This document shows, piece after piece, positions 33,813 to 43,327 of a stretch of DNA of 64,000 bases. Numbering within the stretch: the first letter of the stretch is position 1; each line of letters begins with the position of its first letter. This DNA is from Candidatus Falkowbacteria bacterium HGW-Falkowbacteria-1 (GTDB taxonomy: Bacteria > Patescibacteriota > Patescibacteriia > Patescibacteriales > UBA12465): assembly GCA_002840305.1 (NCBI GenBank), contig PHAI01000003.1, positions 6,908 to 70,907 on the forward strand. The letters are read 5' to 3'. Position numbers and translations under genes: made by a program. The notes beneath the pieces were generated by a model that worked only from the letters and a program-made list of their open reading frames with translations, made no database searches and was not told where the DNA came from.

Positions 33813-35372
33813 TCAACGAGCAAATTCGCACCCGCAATATTTCTGACGATAAAATTCTTTCGCCTTGGCTAATTCGTTAGATTTTTTATACAAATCAGCT
33901 TGATCAAAATCAAGTTTCAAAAAGCTTAAATCATGTTCAAAGGATAAACTGTCCCCAAATTCATTTATTTTTTTAGAATCTTTATAAGGGCTCACCAAAA
34001 GAGTAGTGTAAAAGTTTTTTATAGCCAAAACTTTAGCCTTCTTTGCTGTTTTTGACAATCTGTCATAATAACAAACAAAACAGCGAGCGCCTTTTTCCGG
34101 TTCAGATTCCAAGCCTTTAGCCTTCGATAACCAAGCGTCATGATTGTAAGGCTCTATCTCTAGTTTTAATTTATATTCTTCAGATATTTCTCTGACAAAT
34201 TTTAATCTTTTATTGTATTCCTCTAAAGAATCAATATTAGAATTATAGAAATATAAAGTTATATCAAAACTTTTTAAAAGAATCTCCGAAATTAAATAAG
34301 CCCCACAAGGAGCACAGCAAATATGAAGTAAAAGTTTTTCTTTTTTAAACTTCTTATTTCTATTTTCCAATAAATAAAACCCAATAATTAAGGCAAGCAT
34401 TAAAATAAGCAATCCCCCTAAGGCCAAAAATTTGCCCTTACTCTGTAAAAATAAACCAGTTAAACCAAAAAATCCCGAAACAAAATAGAAGAAAAGAACT
34501 GCTTGTTTTTGACTTAAACCCAAATCAATTAGACGATGATGCAGGTGTTTTCTATCTGAAGCCTTAAAAGGATTCTTACCAGAAATAATTCTTCTAACAA
34601 TAGTCCACAAAACATCTAAAGCCGGAAGACCAATAACTAAAAGCGCTATGGCAATTTTTCCACCAGAAATTATAGCCAAGACGCCTAAAATATAGCCCAA
34701 AAGCAATGATCCACTTTCTCCCAAAAATATTTTAGCTGGATTAAAATTGAAAACTAAAAAACCACAGAGAACTGTAAAAAACAAAAAGGACGCCAAGGCA
34801 ATATCTGGTTGGTAATACTTTGTACTAATAGTAAATAAAAAAATAACCAAAGCACCAATAGCCGAAACACCAGAGGCTAACCCATCCAAACCATCAAGTA
34901 ATTTGGTGGTATAGGTCATCCCCAAAAGCCATAAAAAAATTATAGCCGAACTTAAAAAAGTTGAAAAATAAATTAAATCACCAAAAGGATTACTAATTTT
35001 CTCAATATTTACACCTCCCAAAACAACCGCCATTGAGGCTAAAACGGGCCAAACAATTTGCCACTTAGCTGGCAAATTATATTTATCGTCCAAAAATCCA
35101 CCAACAACTATAAAGACGGCGCCAATAAAAAAACCAAACCAATGACTAGGCTCTAAATTGCCGGATAGAAGATCAGCTCTAAAAACAAATAAAGACAAAA
35201 AATAACTAAAAAAAATAGCCACTCCGCCTAAAAGAGGTGTAATTTTTTTGTGTATTTTCCTGTCTCCATCTGGATTATCAACGATATTAAATCGCAAGGC
35301 AATCTTTTTAATAATAACAGTAAAAATAACAGAAATAAGGAAAAAAGCTATAAAAATTTTAATATATAACAT
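33813..35372 (-). CDS. Fusion protein: polyprenyl-phosphate N-acetylhexosamine-1-phosphate transferase (MraY/WecA family) plus C-terminal QueH (DUF208) epoxyqueuosine reductase domain
   Basis: The N-terminal ~340 aa form a polytopic membrane domain with NIVDNPDGDRKIHKKITPLLGG. The C-terminal ~180 aa carry LLLHICCAPCG, GARCFVCY and YRQKYCGCEFA, typical of QueH. Confidence 0.8.
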   Translation of the reverse strand: MLYIKIFIAFFLISVIFTVIIKKIALRFNIVDNPDGDRKIHKKITPLLGGVAIFFSYFLSLFVFRADLLSGNLEPSHWFGFFIGAVFIVVGGFLDDKYNLPAKWQIVWPVLASMAVVLGGVNIEKISNPFGDLIYFSTFLSSAIIFLWLLGMTYTTKLLDGLDGLASGVSAIGALVIFLFTISTKYYQPDIALASFLFFTVLCGFLVFNFNPAKIFLGESGSLLLGYILGVLAIISGGKIAIALLVIGLPALDVLWTIVRRIISGKNPFKASDRKHLHHRLIDLGLSQKQAVLFFYFVSGFFGLTGLFLQSKGKFLALGGLLILMLALIIGFYLLENRNKKFKKEKLLLHICCAPCGAYLISEILLKSFDITLYFYNSNIDSLEEYNKRLKFVREISEEYKLKLEIEPYNHDAWLSKAKGLESEPEKGARCFVCYYDRLSKTAKKAKVLAIKNFYTTLLVSPYKDSKKINEFGDSLSFEHDLSFLKLDFDQADLYKKSNELAKAKEFYRQKYCGCEFAR

Positions 35373-35378
35373 AAGCTA

Positions 35379-35407
35379 TTGACTAAAAACTCAAAATCGT
35401 ATATAAT
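35379..35407 (+). promoter_or_regulatory. Consensus sigma70 promoter for the 79-aa ORF
   Basis: TTGACT (35379-35384), 17-nt spacer, TATAAT (35402-35407). Confidence 0.7.
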
Positions 35408-35440
35408 TAACGTGTTCTTTAACTAAAATATATATATTTT

Positions 35441-35680
35441 ATGGCAGCGACAACAATCGAAAAAGCTGTTCAACAGGCTCAAAGGACTGTTAGAATAGGT
35501 GATTCAGGATTGATCGAAAAAGATCATCAAGAGATGTTAGCAAGAGTTAAAAATGTGAGCGACCCGTTTTTAAAAAAAACGCAAATGTTACTACTAGAGC
35601 AAAACTATGTAGACAACAAAATCGCTTACAATAAGGCAAAAAAATTTCTTGACGAGTTCCGTGATCACCAAAGGTCATAA
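35441..35680 (+). CDS. Hypothetical small protein
   Basis: The ORF is bracketed by a consensus promoter and a strong terminator. No motif was recognised. Confidence 0.5.
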   Translation: MAATTIEKAVQQAQRTVRIGDSGLIEKDHQEMLARVKNVSDPFLKKTQMLLLEQNYVDNKIAYNKAKKFLDEFRDHQRS

Positions 35681-35699
35681 AAGAGCCTTTACAAGAAAC

Positions 35700-35728
35700 A
35701 GCCCTCATTCACAAGAGGGCTTTTTTTA
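35700..35728 (+). terminator. Rho-independent terminator after the 79-aa ORF
   Basis: The 7-bp stem agccctc / gagggct has an 8-nt loop and is followed by T7. Confidence 0.8.
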
Positions 35729-35729
35729 T

Positions 35730-38459
35730 TTAAATTTTTCTGCCCTTCTCAATTTCTATATTACCATTTTCATTAATAAAAATAGTGTCCCTTCTTTGCA
35801 ATTTTCCACCCAAAACCAAATTAGCAATTTCATTTTCAATTTTATCTTGGAGTAAACGACGAAGTGGTCTGGCACCAAATTTTGGATCATATCCCATCTC
35901 GGCTAATTTTAGTAATCCATCATCATCGTACATCAAAGAAACGCCCTTATCCTCTAATGACTTGGCAATTTTTTTAATCATTATTTTGGCAATAGAGAAA
36001 ACATTTTCTATGGTCAAGGGTTTAAAAACTATCAAACCGTCAAAACGATTTATAAGCTCCGGCCTCATTATTTTATTTAGATGTTCATCTATCAATTCTT
36101 GTTTAATAACAGCCATCTCAATCCCATCTTTAACAGCCTCTTGAATAAATAAGGCACCAGCATTAGAAGTGGCTATAATTATAGAGTTAGTAAAATTTAT
36201 AGTCCTACCCTGCCCATCAGTTAGGCGCCCATCATCTAGTATCTGTAAAAATAAATTTAAAATATCAGGGTGAGCCTTTTCTATTTCATCAAACAAAATT
36301 AAAGAAAAAGGTTTTTTTCTAACTGCTTCAGTTAAATATCCTAAAGTTCCGTCAACATCCCCTAGCATTTTTTTAACACTGTCAGAAAGCTGATATTCAC
36401 TCATGTCAAGGCGTATCATATATCTTTCATCTCCAAAATAAACCTCAGAAACTGACTTGGCCAATTCTGTTTTTCCAACACCGGTAGGCCCCATAAATAA
36501 GAAGCTAGCAATAGGCCTATTTCCTTCTCTGATTTGAGCCCTAGACCTTCTCAGGCTGCCAGAAACGGCCACTACAGCCTCTTCCTGGCCAATCATCCTC
36601 TCGTGTATCTTGCTCTCCAAATTTATCAATTTTTCACCCTCGGATTGACTAACCTGAGAAACTGGAATGCCGGTAGTGTCACTGACAATCTCGGCTATAT
36701 CCGATTTAGTACAAACTTGTTTGTTTGGATCCTTTTGAGCTAATTTTGAATTCCTAACCGCTACCGCCTTAATAATATTTACAGCTTTTTCTGGCAAAAA
36801 CTTATCATTGATATATTTACTAGATAAAGTGACGGCCTCTTCAAGGGATTGGTAGTCAAAATAAACTCCGTATTTATTTTCTATCCAAGCAATTTTGCTT
36901 TCAATCATACAAATAGAATCGTCAATATTCGGCTCCAATATTTTTATCGGCGCCATAACATCGGCTATCGCTCTTCCTTCTAAAAATTTAGAATAATTTT
37001 CAGTAGTAACAGAGGCTATACAATAAATATTTTGTCTACTCAAAGTTTCAGCCAAAACTTCAGATAATTCAAGACTTTCTTCTGAACCGGCTGTTATACC
37101 CATCAAGTTCTGAATATTTTCAATATACAAAACAATATTTTTTGATCTGCTTATCTCATTAATAATAGAAAGCATTCTTTCTTCGGCCTGAGTAGGAGAG
37201 GCTCCACTTATAAGACGAGAAAGGTCTAGTTCAACCAATCTTCTATCTTTTAAAAACGCAGGAACATTTTCCTTCACCATCAACTGAGCTAAGCCCTCAA
37301 CAACAGATCTCTTGCCAACTCCAACTGACCCGATGAGCAAAACTCCGCTTTGTTCACTTTCAAAGGCCTCAAAAATTTGTTTTATCTCTTTTTCTCTTGA
37401 AACACAAATCTCAAAATATCCATATTTGGCCATTGCGGTTAAATCTCTAGAAAAATAATCCAAAGTTGGGGTGGCTATGGCCGTATAAGATTTGTTCATA
37501 TTATTACCAGGCTTTAAACGGGCCATCTTTTTAAAAACCCGATAATTATCCATGATTTGTTCGTTTATTCTAAACCATTTGATTGCGTTTTGAATTTTAT
37601 TTTGAGAAATTTCTAGCTCATAAAGAATTTCCTGCAAAATAGGGTTTTTTTGGTAACAAAACAGAATAACATTCAGAACGCCAATGCTTTCCTGTTTATT
37701 AACATAAGCATCGTAAAAGGCCGACAATAAAATTTCCTGAACATTATCAGATAAAACTATATTTTTATTCTCATCTCTTTGAAGTTTTGGATTGTCTAAA
37801 TATTTTTTTAAAATTTCAAGCAATCTTGGAATATTAATGTTTAACCTAGAAAGTAAATTCTTAACTTTGGGCGAGCTAGTAAGAAGCCAAAAAAGATGAA
37901 GCGTCCCAAGTTCTTTTTGATTCAATTTTTTAGCTAAGAAATAAGAATCTTCCAAAATTAATAAAAGTTCCTCATTCAAAGAATTTGCTATATCAATTTT
38001 TACTAATTTTTGATAATCAATCCTTATATTTCTTTTGCTTTCTTTTATTTTTCTTATCTTTTTAAGCGATGCCTTCTTTTCGCTAATCCTATAAACGACA
38101 AACATATCAAAAAGCAAAGAAAACAAGAAAAAAGAAATAAAAACGGAACCATCCTTCCAAAAGTAAAAAGTTTCTAAATTGTCTATGTTTATAGTCTCTA
38201 CGTTTAAATAAATCCAATAAAGAAAAGACAAAAGGCCAGCTACAGCCAACAGATAAACAAACAAATCTATCAAGCGATTTATTTTCTTTTTAATTCTTCT
38301 AAGAAAAATAAGTGTGGCCCTGAAATCTAGGCCAAAAAACAAGACATGATTCAAAAAAACAACGGAAGTCTTCCCATTTTTTTGTTTAAAAAAATCGTCA
38401 ACATCAAAAGTGTTTTGATCGATAGGTTTGTTTTCTAAATTTTCTAAATTATTTAACAT
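35730..38459 (-). CDS. Membrane-anchored Clp/Hsp100-family AAA+ protein with a degenerate first ATPase module
   Basis: About 3 N-terminal TM helices precede Clp_N-like repeats. In D1 the Walker A reads GSVGVGKRS and the Walker B position reads LYIENIQ instead of hhhhDE. D2 is intact ([23 protein letters not shown]). No coiled-coil M domain and no IGF/IGL loop were seen. Confidence 0.85.
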   Translation of the reverse strand: MLNNLENLENKPIDQNTFDVDDFFKQKNGKTSVVFLNHVLFFGLDFRATLIFLRRIKKKINRLIDLFVYLLAVAGLLSFLYWIYLNVETINIDNLETFYFWKDGSVFISFFLFSLLFDMFVVYRISEKKASLKKIRKIKESKRNIRIDYQKLVKIDIANSLNEELLLILEDSYFLAKKLNQKELGTLHLFWLLTSSPKVKNLLSRLNINIPRLLEILKKYLDNPKLQRDENKNIVLSDNVQEILLSAFYDAYVNKQESIGVLNVILFCYQKNPILQEILYELEISQNKIQNAIKWFRINEQIMDNYRVFKKMARLKPGNNMNKSYTAIATPTLDYFSRDLTAMAKYGYFEICVSREKEIKQIFEAFESEQSGVLLIGSVGVGKRSVVEGLAQLMVKENVPAFLKDRRLVELDLSRLISGASPTQAEERMLSIINEISRSKNIVLYIENIQNLMGITAGSEESLELSEVLAETLSRQNIYCIASVTTENYSKFLEGRAIADVMAPIKILEPNIDDSICMIESKIAWIENKYGVYFDYQSLEEAVTLSSKYINDKFLPEKAVNIIKAVAVRNSKLAQKDPNKQVCTKSDIAEIVSDTTGIPVSQVSQSEGEKLINLESKIHERMIGQEEAVVAVSGSLRRSRAQIREGNRPIASFLFMGPTGVGKTELAKSVSEVYFGDERYMIRLDMSEYQLSDSVKKMLGDVDGTLGYLTEAVRKKPFSLILFDEIEKAHPDILNLFLQILDDGRLTDGQGRTINFTNSIIIATSNAGALFIQEAVKDGIEMAVIKQELIDEHLNKIMRPELINRFDGLIVFKPLTIENVFSIAKIMIKKIAKSLEDKGVSLMYDDDGLLKLAEMGYDPKFGARPLRRLLQDKIENEIANLVLGGKLQRRDTIFINENGNIEIEKGRKI

Positions 38460-38465
38460 AAATGA

Positions 38466-38831
38466 TTAAGTAAAAATACGAGTAACGAGAAGATAAACGA
38501 CAGTAACCGGAGCTAAAAGCCAAAAAATTATGGCGACTAATGATAACATTATAAAAAAAATAAAAGCAATGAATCTAAATATTATTTGAAAGATCCTAAC
38601 AAAAAAACTAATGGCCCGACCAGTAAAGTCTCTTTGCCCATACATCGGAGTAAACAAATTATTAATCCAGGCACCAGCACCAATAATAATCCACTGCTCA
38701 TTCAAAAAAGAAGCAACAGTCTTCAAGAAGCGCCAAAAACCGACGCTATACCACCATAAGGGGAAATAAACGATATCCCAAATAATACTGATTGATATTT
38801 TGCTTAAATAAAAGAAAAAATTGTTGTTCAT
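38466..38831 (-). CDS. Hypothetical small membrane protein (3-4 TM), immediately upstream of the membrane Clp paralog
   Basis: This is a hydrophobic ORF separated by a 6-nt gap from the downstream gene on the same strand. Confidence 0.55.
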   Translation of the reverse strand: MNNNFFFYLSKISISIIWDIVYFPLWWYSVGFWRFLKTVASFLNEQWIIIGAGAWINNLFTPMYGQRDFTGRAISFFVRIFQIIFRFIAFIFFIMLSLVAIIFWLLAPVTVVYLLVTRIFT

Positions 38832-38865
38832 ATTGATATAATAATAACAAATTATAATGTTTTTG

Positions 38866-38898
38866 GCAAAAAAATAGACTCTTTTACAAAGAATCTAT
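38866..38898 (-). terminator. Rho-independent terminator after clpB
   Basis: The ~10-bp stem (tagactcttt / aaagaatcta, one mismatch) is followed on the minus strand by T7. Confidence 0.6.
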
Positions 38899-38936
38899 TT
38901 TTTATCTTAAAAATTTTAATTATTTCAATATTAACC

Positions 38937-41597
38937 CTACCTAACGGATACCAATATATTATCTTTTGTGCCAATATCTATAGTAAGTCTATCTCCATCC
39001 TTTACCTTGCCCTCAACAATATTCAAGGCCAATTCGTCTAAAATCATGCTTTGGATAACTCTTTTAAGAGGTCGAGCGCCAAAACTAGAATCATACCCCT
39101 TGTCTGATAAATACTTTTTAACCTTAGCGCTAATTTTAATGGTAATATTTTTGTTCTTTAATCTTTTTTCAACTTTATTCAGCTCTAAATCAACTATCTT
39201 CTCCAAAGACTCTTTGCCTAAATTTTTAAAAATAACTATTTCATCAATTCTATTTAGAAATTCCAATTTAAAATAGTCTTTTAATATTCCATCTATTCTC
39301 TCTTTCATCTCGTCTTCTCTCAATTTAGTATTCTGCTCTTCATTTTGTCCGCCACCAAAACCGATAGAATATTGTTTTATAACTTCGTTTCCCAAATTTG
39401 AAGTCATAATTATAATAGTATTTTTAAAGTTAACTTTTCTGCCCTTAGAATCGGTTAAAATTCCGTCATCCAATATTTGAAGCAAGATGTTAAAGGTTTC
39501 AGGATGAGCCTTTTCTATTTCATCAAATAAAATAACACTATAAGGACGGCGACGAATTTGATCGGTAAGCTGACCACCTTCATCATGACCAATATACCCA
39601 GGAGGAGAACCTATGAGTTTAGCAACGCTATGTTTCTCCATAAACTCACTCATATCCAAACGAACCAAGGCATGCTCATCATTGAAAATAAAAGAAGCCA
39701 AAGACTTGGCTAGTTCAGTCTTACCAACGCCAGTAGGTCCAACGAACAAAAATGATCCAATTGGCTTTTTCTCTTCATTTATACCCGCCCGGCTACGACG
39801 AATGGCGTTAGATATGGCTTTTATAGCTTCCGTTTGACCAACTACTGTTTTTTCAAGCTCATCCTCAGCTCGAGACAATTTTTGAACTTCACTTTCAAGC
39901 ATCTTATTAACTGGAATACCGGTCCAACGAGCAACAACCTTGGCTATATCTTCTTCATCTACCTCTTCTTTTAAAATATGATGGCCCTTTTTTTGAATTT
40001 TTACTAATTCCTCTTGTTGTTTTTTAACCTCTTTTTCTAATTGAGGAATAAGTGAATATCTAAGTTCGGCAACCTTAGTTAAATCATCGCCACGACGCTC
40101 AATAATATCGGCTTCCATTTTTAATTCATCTATTTTTCTTTTGGATTGTCTAATCTTGGAAATTATTTCTTTTTCATTTTTCCAATGAATTTCTAATTGA
40201 TTAGCCTTTTCTTTTATTTCTTCCAACTCCTTATTTAATTTATTTTTTTTAACAGAATTGTTTTCTCTCTCATTAGCGCCCAATCCCGCTTTGACTATTT
40301 CCATTCTTTTTATTTCTCGCTTCATATTGTCTAATTCTTCTGGCATTGAGTCAATTTCCATTCGAAGTGCAGATGTAGCCTCGTCCATCAAATCAACAGC
40401 TTTATCTGGCAAAAAACGATCAGTAATATAACGGCTAGATAACTTAGCCGTTGAAACTAAAGCCTCATCGGTTATTCTAACTCCATGATGAACTTCATAT
40501 TTTTCTTTTATCCCTCTTAAAATAGAAACGGTATCTTCGATGCTAGGCTCCTCAACCATAATAGGCTGGAATCTTCTCTCTAGGGCGGCATCTTTTTCTA
40601 TATATCTTTGATATTCCTTGGTCGTTGTAGCGCCAATAGTTCTGATTTCTCCTCTAGCTAGAGCTGGTTTAAGCATATTTGAAGCATCCATTGATCCTTC
40701 ACTAGCGCCAGTTCCAACAAGGGTATGTAGCTCGTCTATAAATAAGATTACCTTTCCTTCTTGTGATTTTATAGTTTTTAAAACTGATTTTAGCCTATCT
40801 TCGAACTCACCTCTAAACTTTGCCCCAGCAACTAAGGCCCCTAAATCCAAGGAAACGATTTCTTTGTCCTTTAACATCTCGGGAACATCACCACTAACAA
40901 TTCTCTGCGCTAAACCTTCGACAATGGCCGTTTTACCGGTTCCAGCATTACCAATTAAGACTGGGTTATTTTTTGTACGACGAAGAAGAACCTGCATAAT
41001 ACGACGAATTTCGGTGTCACGACCAATTACGGGGTCTAGTTTTTCTTGTCGTGCCATCTCGGTCAAATTCACGGTATACTTCTCTAGAGTTCTAAATTTA
41101 TTTTCTGGATCTGGATCGTTTATTTTTTGGTTTCCTCTTAGCTCTTTCAATATATCCAAAATTTGTTGATAATCAATTTTAAAGCTCAATAAAATATCTT
41201 GAGCCGGTGATTTTACTCCAAGCAAAGCCAAAAAGATATGTTCAGTTGATATAAACTCATCTCCCATGCGATCTGCTTCTTTTTTAGATCGATCAAAAAT
41301 AGCAGCTACTTCACCAGTACCCTGAACAGATTGTACAGAATCAAAATCATTTCTAGGATTTGCCCCTCTTTGATTTTTAAATTTAGGCAATTTTTTTATT
41401 TCATTAATAGTATAATTTTCTATTAACTCTGGGTCTACTTTCAATTTATCCAAAATAACCCTAACCAAGCTCTCGCTTTGTTGGTTTAAAGCTAATAACA
41501 AATGAAGGCCCTCGATATATTGCTGACCAAAGTCAGTAGCAATTATTTGGGCATTTATAATCAACTCCTGTGATTTATTAGTAAATTTATTAAACAT
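38937..41597 (-). CDS. clpB: Chaperone disaggregase ClpB
   Basis: Clp_N repeats are present. D1 has GNAGTGKTA and ILFIDELH. A long coiled-coil middle domain follows. D2 has [12 protein letters not shown] and [10 protein letters not shown]. Confidence 0.95.
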   Translation of the reverse strand: MFNKFTNKSQELIINAQIIATDFGQQYIEGLHLLLALNQQSESLVRVILDKLKVDPELIENYTINEIKKLPKFKNQRGANPRNDFDSVQSVQGTGEVAAIFDRSKKEADRMGDEFISTEHIFLALLGVKSPAQDILLSFKIDYQQILDILKELRGNQKINDPDPENKFRTLEKYTVNLTEMARQEKLDPVIGRDTEIRRIMQVLLRRTKNNPVLIGNAGTGKTAIVEGLAQRIVSGDVPEMLKDKEIVSLDLGALVAGAKFRGEFEDRLKSVLKTIKSQEGKVILFIDELHTLVGTGASEGSMDASNMLKPALARGEIRTIGATTTKEYQRYIEKDAALERRFQPIMVEEPSIEDTVSILRGIKEKYEVHHGVRITDEALVSTAKLSSRYITDRFLPDKAVDLMDEATSALRMEIDSMPEELDNMKREIKRMEIVKAGLGANERENNSVKKNKLNKELEEIKEKANQLEIHWKNEKEIISKIRQSKRKIDELKMEADIIERRGDDLTKVAELRYSLIPQLEKEVKKQQEELVKIQKKGHHILKEEVDEEDIAKVVARWTGIPVNKMLESEVQKLSRAEDELEKTVVGQTEAIKAISNAIRRSRAGINEEKKPIGSFLFVGPTGVGKTELAKSLASFIFNDEHALVRLDMSEFMEKHSVAKLIGSPPGYIGHDEGGQLTDQIRRRPYSVILFDEIEKAHPETFNILLQILDDGILTDSKGRKVNFKNTIIIMTSNLGNEVIKQYSIGFGGGQNEEQNTKLREDEMKERIDGILKDYFKLEFLNRIDEIVIFKNLGKESLEKIVDLELNKVEKRLKNKNITIKISAKVKKYLSDKGYDSSFGARPLKRVIQSMILDELALNIVEGKVKDGDRLTIDIGTKDNILVSVR

Positions 41598-41624
41598 AAT
41601 AATTTGAAATTAATTCTTTTTAAT

Positions 41625-41651
41625 TTAGCACTCCAGGCGCTTGACTGCTAA
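41625..41651. promoter_or_regulatory. CIRCE-like operator (HrcA-type inverted repeat) in the clpB leader
   Basis: TTAGCACTC-N9-GACTGCTAA differs at one position from the consensus TTAGCACTC-N9-GAGTGCTAA. It lies 28 bp upstream of the clpB ATG and directly downstream of the -10 box. Confidence 0.75.
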
Positions 41652-41652
41652 T

Positions 41653-41681
41653 ATTATAGGCCAATTATAAAGCGATGTCAA
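41653..41681 (-). promoter_or_regulatory. Perfect sigma70 consensus promoter for clpB
   Basis: The minus strand reads TTGACA (41681..41676), a 17-nt spacer, then TATAAT (41658..41653). Confidence 0.75.
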
Positions 41682-41684
41682 CTA

Positions 41685-41713
41685 TTGACTTTTTAAATTT
41701 TAAATGTTATAAA
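41685..41713 (+). promoter_or_regulatory. Divergent promoter for the 88-aa ORF
   Basis: TTGACT (41685-41690), 17-nt spacer, TATAAA (41708-41713). It stands back to back with the clpB promoter. Confidence 0.55.
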
Positions 41714-41736
41714 TAATGAGCACTAAAAAATAAAGA

Positions 41737-42003
41737 GTGAAAACAAACGAAAATCTAGGGCTAATAAGAGAAGCCCAAAAGCTCGTTGACGCCCATTATG
41801 ACAAAACAAAAGAGATGATAATGGATGAAAAAAAAATCAACGAAAAACATCTGAAGAAAAGGCTAGAAAGTTTCAAGGAAAAGCTCAAAAATGATATCGA
41901 CACTGATAAAATGAGTGATCTAGAAATCTATAAACTAGCCAGAAGCCTAGTAATAAAAAACATAAAAAAAGGCTTGACGCCTCTAGCGCAAAACCTTCTT
42001 TAA
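41737..42003 (+). CDS. Hypothetical small protein (GTG start)
   Basis: This is an ORF only, charged and helical in character. Confidence 0.4.
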   Translation: MKTNENLGLIREAQKLVDAHYDKTKEMIMDEKKINEKHLKKRLESFKEKLKNDIDTDKMSDLEIYKLARSLVIKNIKKGLTPLAQNLL

Positions 42004-42773
42004 TTAGAAGGTTTTTTTTGTGCCAACATTTTTTCGGATAAAAGAGTCAAGTCGGAATACATTTTAAATGCCCAATCGGCTATGTATTCCCTTTTCCCCT
42101 GAGGATCTTTTGGCGCTCTGCTTAAATCTATAAAAAGGCCATGCTTAAAAGGGAAACTGAAGTATTTTCTCAAGGACATAAGATTTCTAATTTTGTCAAC
42201 GGAGAGCCCTTTTCTGTCAGTCATTTTAGATTCCGCTTCCAGTCTATCATCTTCTGGAAAATCTTTATTAAAGTTAATATTAATTAAACGAATTAATATT
42301 TCTATATCAGAAATTAAAGTATTATGATAAGATCTGCGAAGACTATCGGCAGTTGAAGTAGCGCTTTGATATTGTTCTAAGCTGTCATGCATTTCTTTTT
42401 TTTGCAATTCTAAAACAGAAACTTGAGACAAATATTTTTTTATATCCTCCAGGACTCTAAAAAAATAATTTGATATAAAATCCTTTCTGTTGTTAATAAC
42501 CTTCCCCTCCTCTTCATTCTCGACTCCGGGCTTTAAACCAGCAGAACGAATCAATTCAATTGACTCAAAATACTTAGAAGAAGTTGGCCCCAAGTTTTCT
42601 TTTAAAAAATCTCTTTCCTTTTTGTTTTTATTATTCTTATTATATTCAACGATCTCTTCCTTTTCCTCCCGGCTCAATCCTTGCCGATAAATATCAGGGT
42701 TTTTATATAAATCACGAAAATGTTTTAATTCATTCATATTATTTATAATTAAATCTATTCTAAATAATAACAT
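42000..42773 (-). CDS. Hypothetical protein
   Basis: The clean 257-aa ORF may really start at the internal MNELKHF (42737). No motif was recognised. Confidence 0.55.
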   Translation of the reverse strand: MLLFRIDLIINNMNELKHFRDLYKNPDIYRQGLSREEKEEIVEYNKNNKNKKERDFLKENLGPTSSKYFESIELIRSAGLKPGVENEEEGKVINNRKDFISNYFFRVLEDIKKYLSQVSVLELQKKEMHDSLEQYQSATSTADSLRRSYHNTLISDIEILIRLININFNKDFPEDDRLEAESKMTDRKGLSVDKIRNLMSLRKYFSFPFKHGLFIDLSRAPKDPQGKREYIADWAFKMYSDLTLLSEKMLAQKKPSN

Positions 42774-42867
42774 ATTTACAAATACTTGTCAAAGGCCTTA
42801 TAGACAAATTCGAGGAATTAAACTCATGCCCTAAAGAACTGGGAATTATTAAACTGATTCGCCGTCA

Positions 42868-42896
42868 TTGACATTTTGTTCTAAGTATGATATAAT
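42868..42896 (+). promoter_or_regulatory. Perfect sigma70 consensus promoter for the 107-aa ORF
   Basis: TTGACA (42868-42873), 17-nt spacer, TATAAT (42891-42896), with a TGn extended -10. Confidence 0.75.
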
Positions 42897-42935
42897 ATTA
42901 ATGTTGAATTTCAGTTTAACTTAACACCTTAACAA

Positions 42936-43259
42936 ATGAACGGAGATTTAGTTGTTTTCGGGGGAGAAGAGGCTATATGCTATTTCAACCTCCAACCAAT
43001 CGAAGGTCGATGGTATGTAGATGTTATATTCATCGAAAGCAAAATCGGTGACCTAAGAATCCATACTGTTCCTTGGGCCGAAATAAAATTTATCGGTGAT
43101 AAAGATAACAAAAAGAAATGGGGATATATGCAAGCGCATATCGCCTCTCTAAGAAGAGCCAGAAAAATAAAGGATGTTTACGTTCGTGTTACTGAGGGAA
43201 TAAAAAACCTACTAACAGTAGAAATACTCACAGAGAATCTTCTCTGGGGCATGAACTAA
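42936..43259 (+). CDS. Hypothetical protein
   Basis: The ORF is bracketed by a consensus promoter and a bidirectional terminator. Confidence 0.5.
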   Translation: MNGDLVVFGGEEAICYFNLQPIEGRWYVDVIFIESKIGDLRIHTVPWAEIKFIGDKDNKKKWGYMQAHIASLRRARKIKDVYVRVTEGIKNLLTVEILTENLLWGMN

Positions 43260-43276
43260 AAAATCAAAAAACAAAA

Positions 43277-43305
43277 AAGCGGAAAAAATTCCGCTTCTTT
43301 TTTTA
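43277..43305. terminator. Bidirectional rho-independent terminator between the 107-aa ORF and radA
   Basis: The 8-bp stem aagcggaa / ttccgctt has an A4 loop, with an A-run upstream and a T-run downstream. Confidence 0.8.
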
Positions 43306-43327
43306 TCCTAAAGCATATTGCTTAAAA

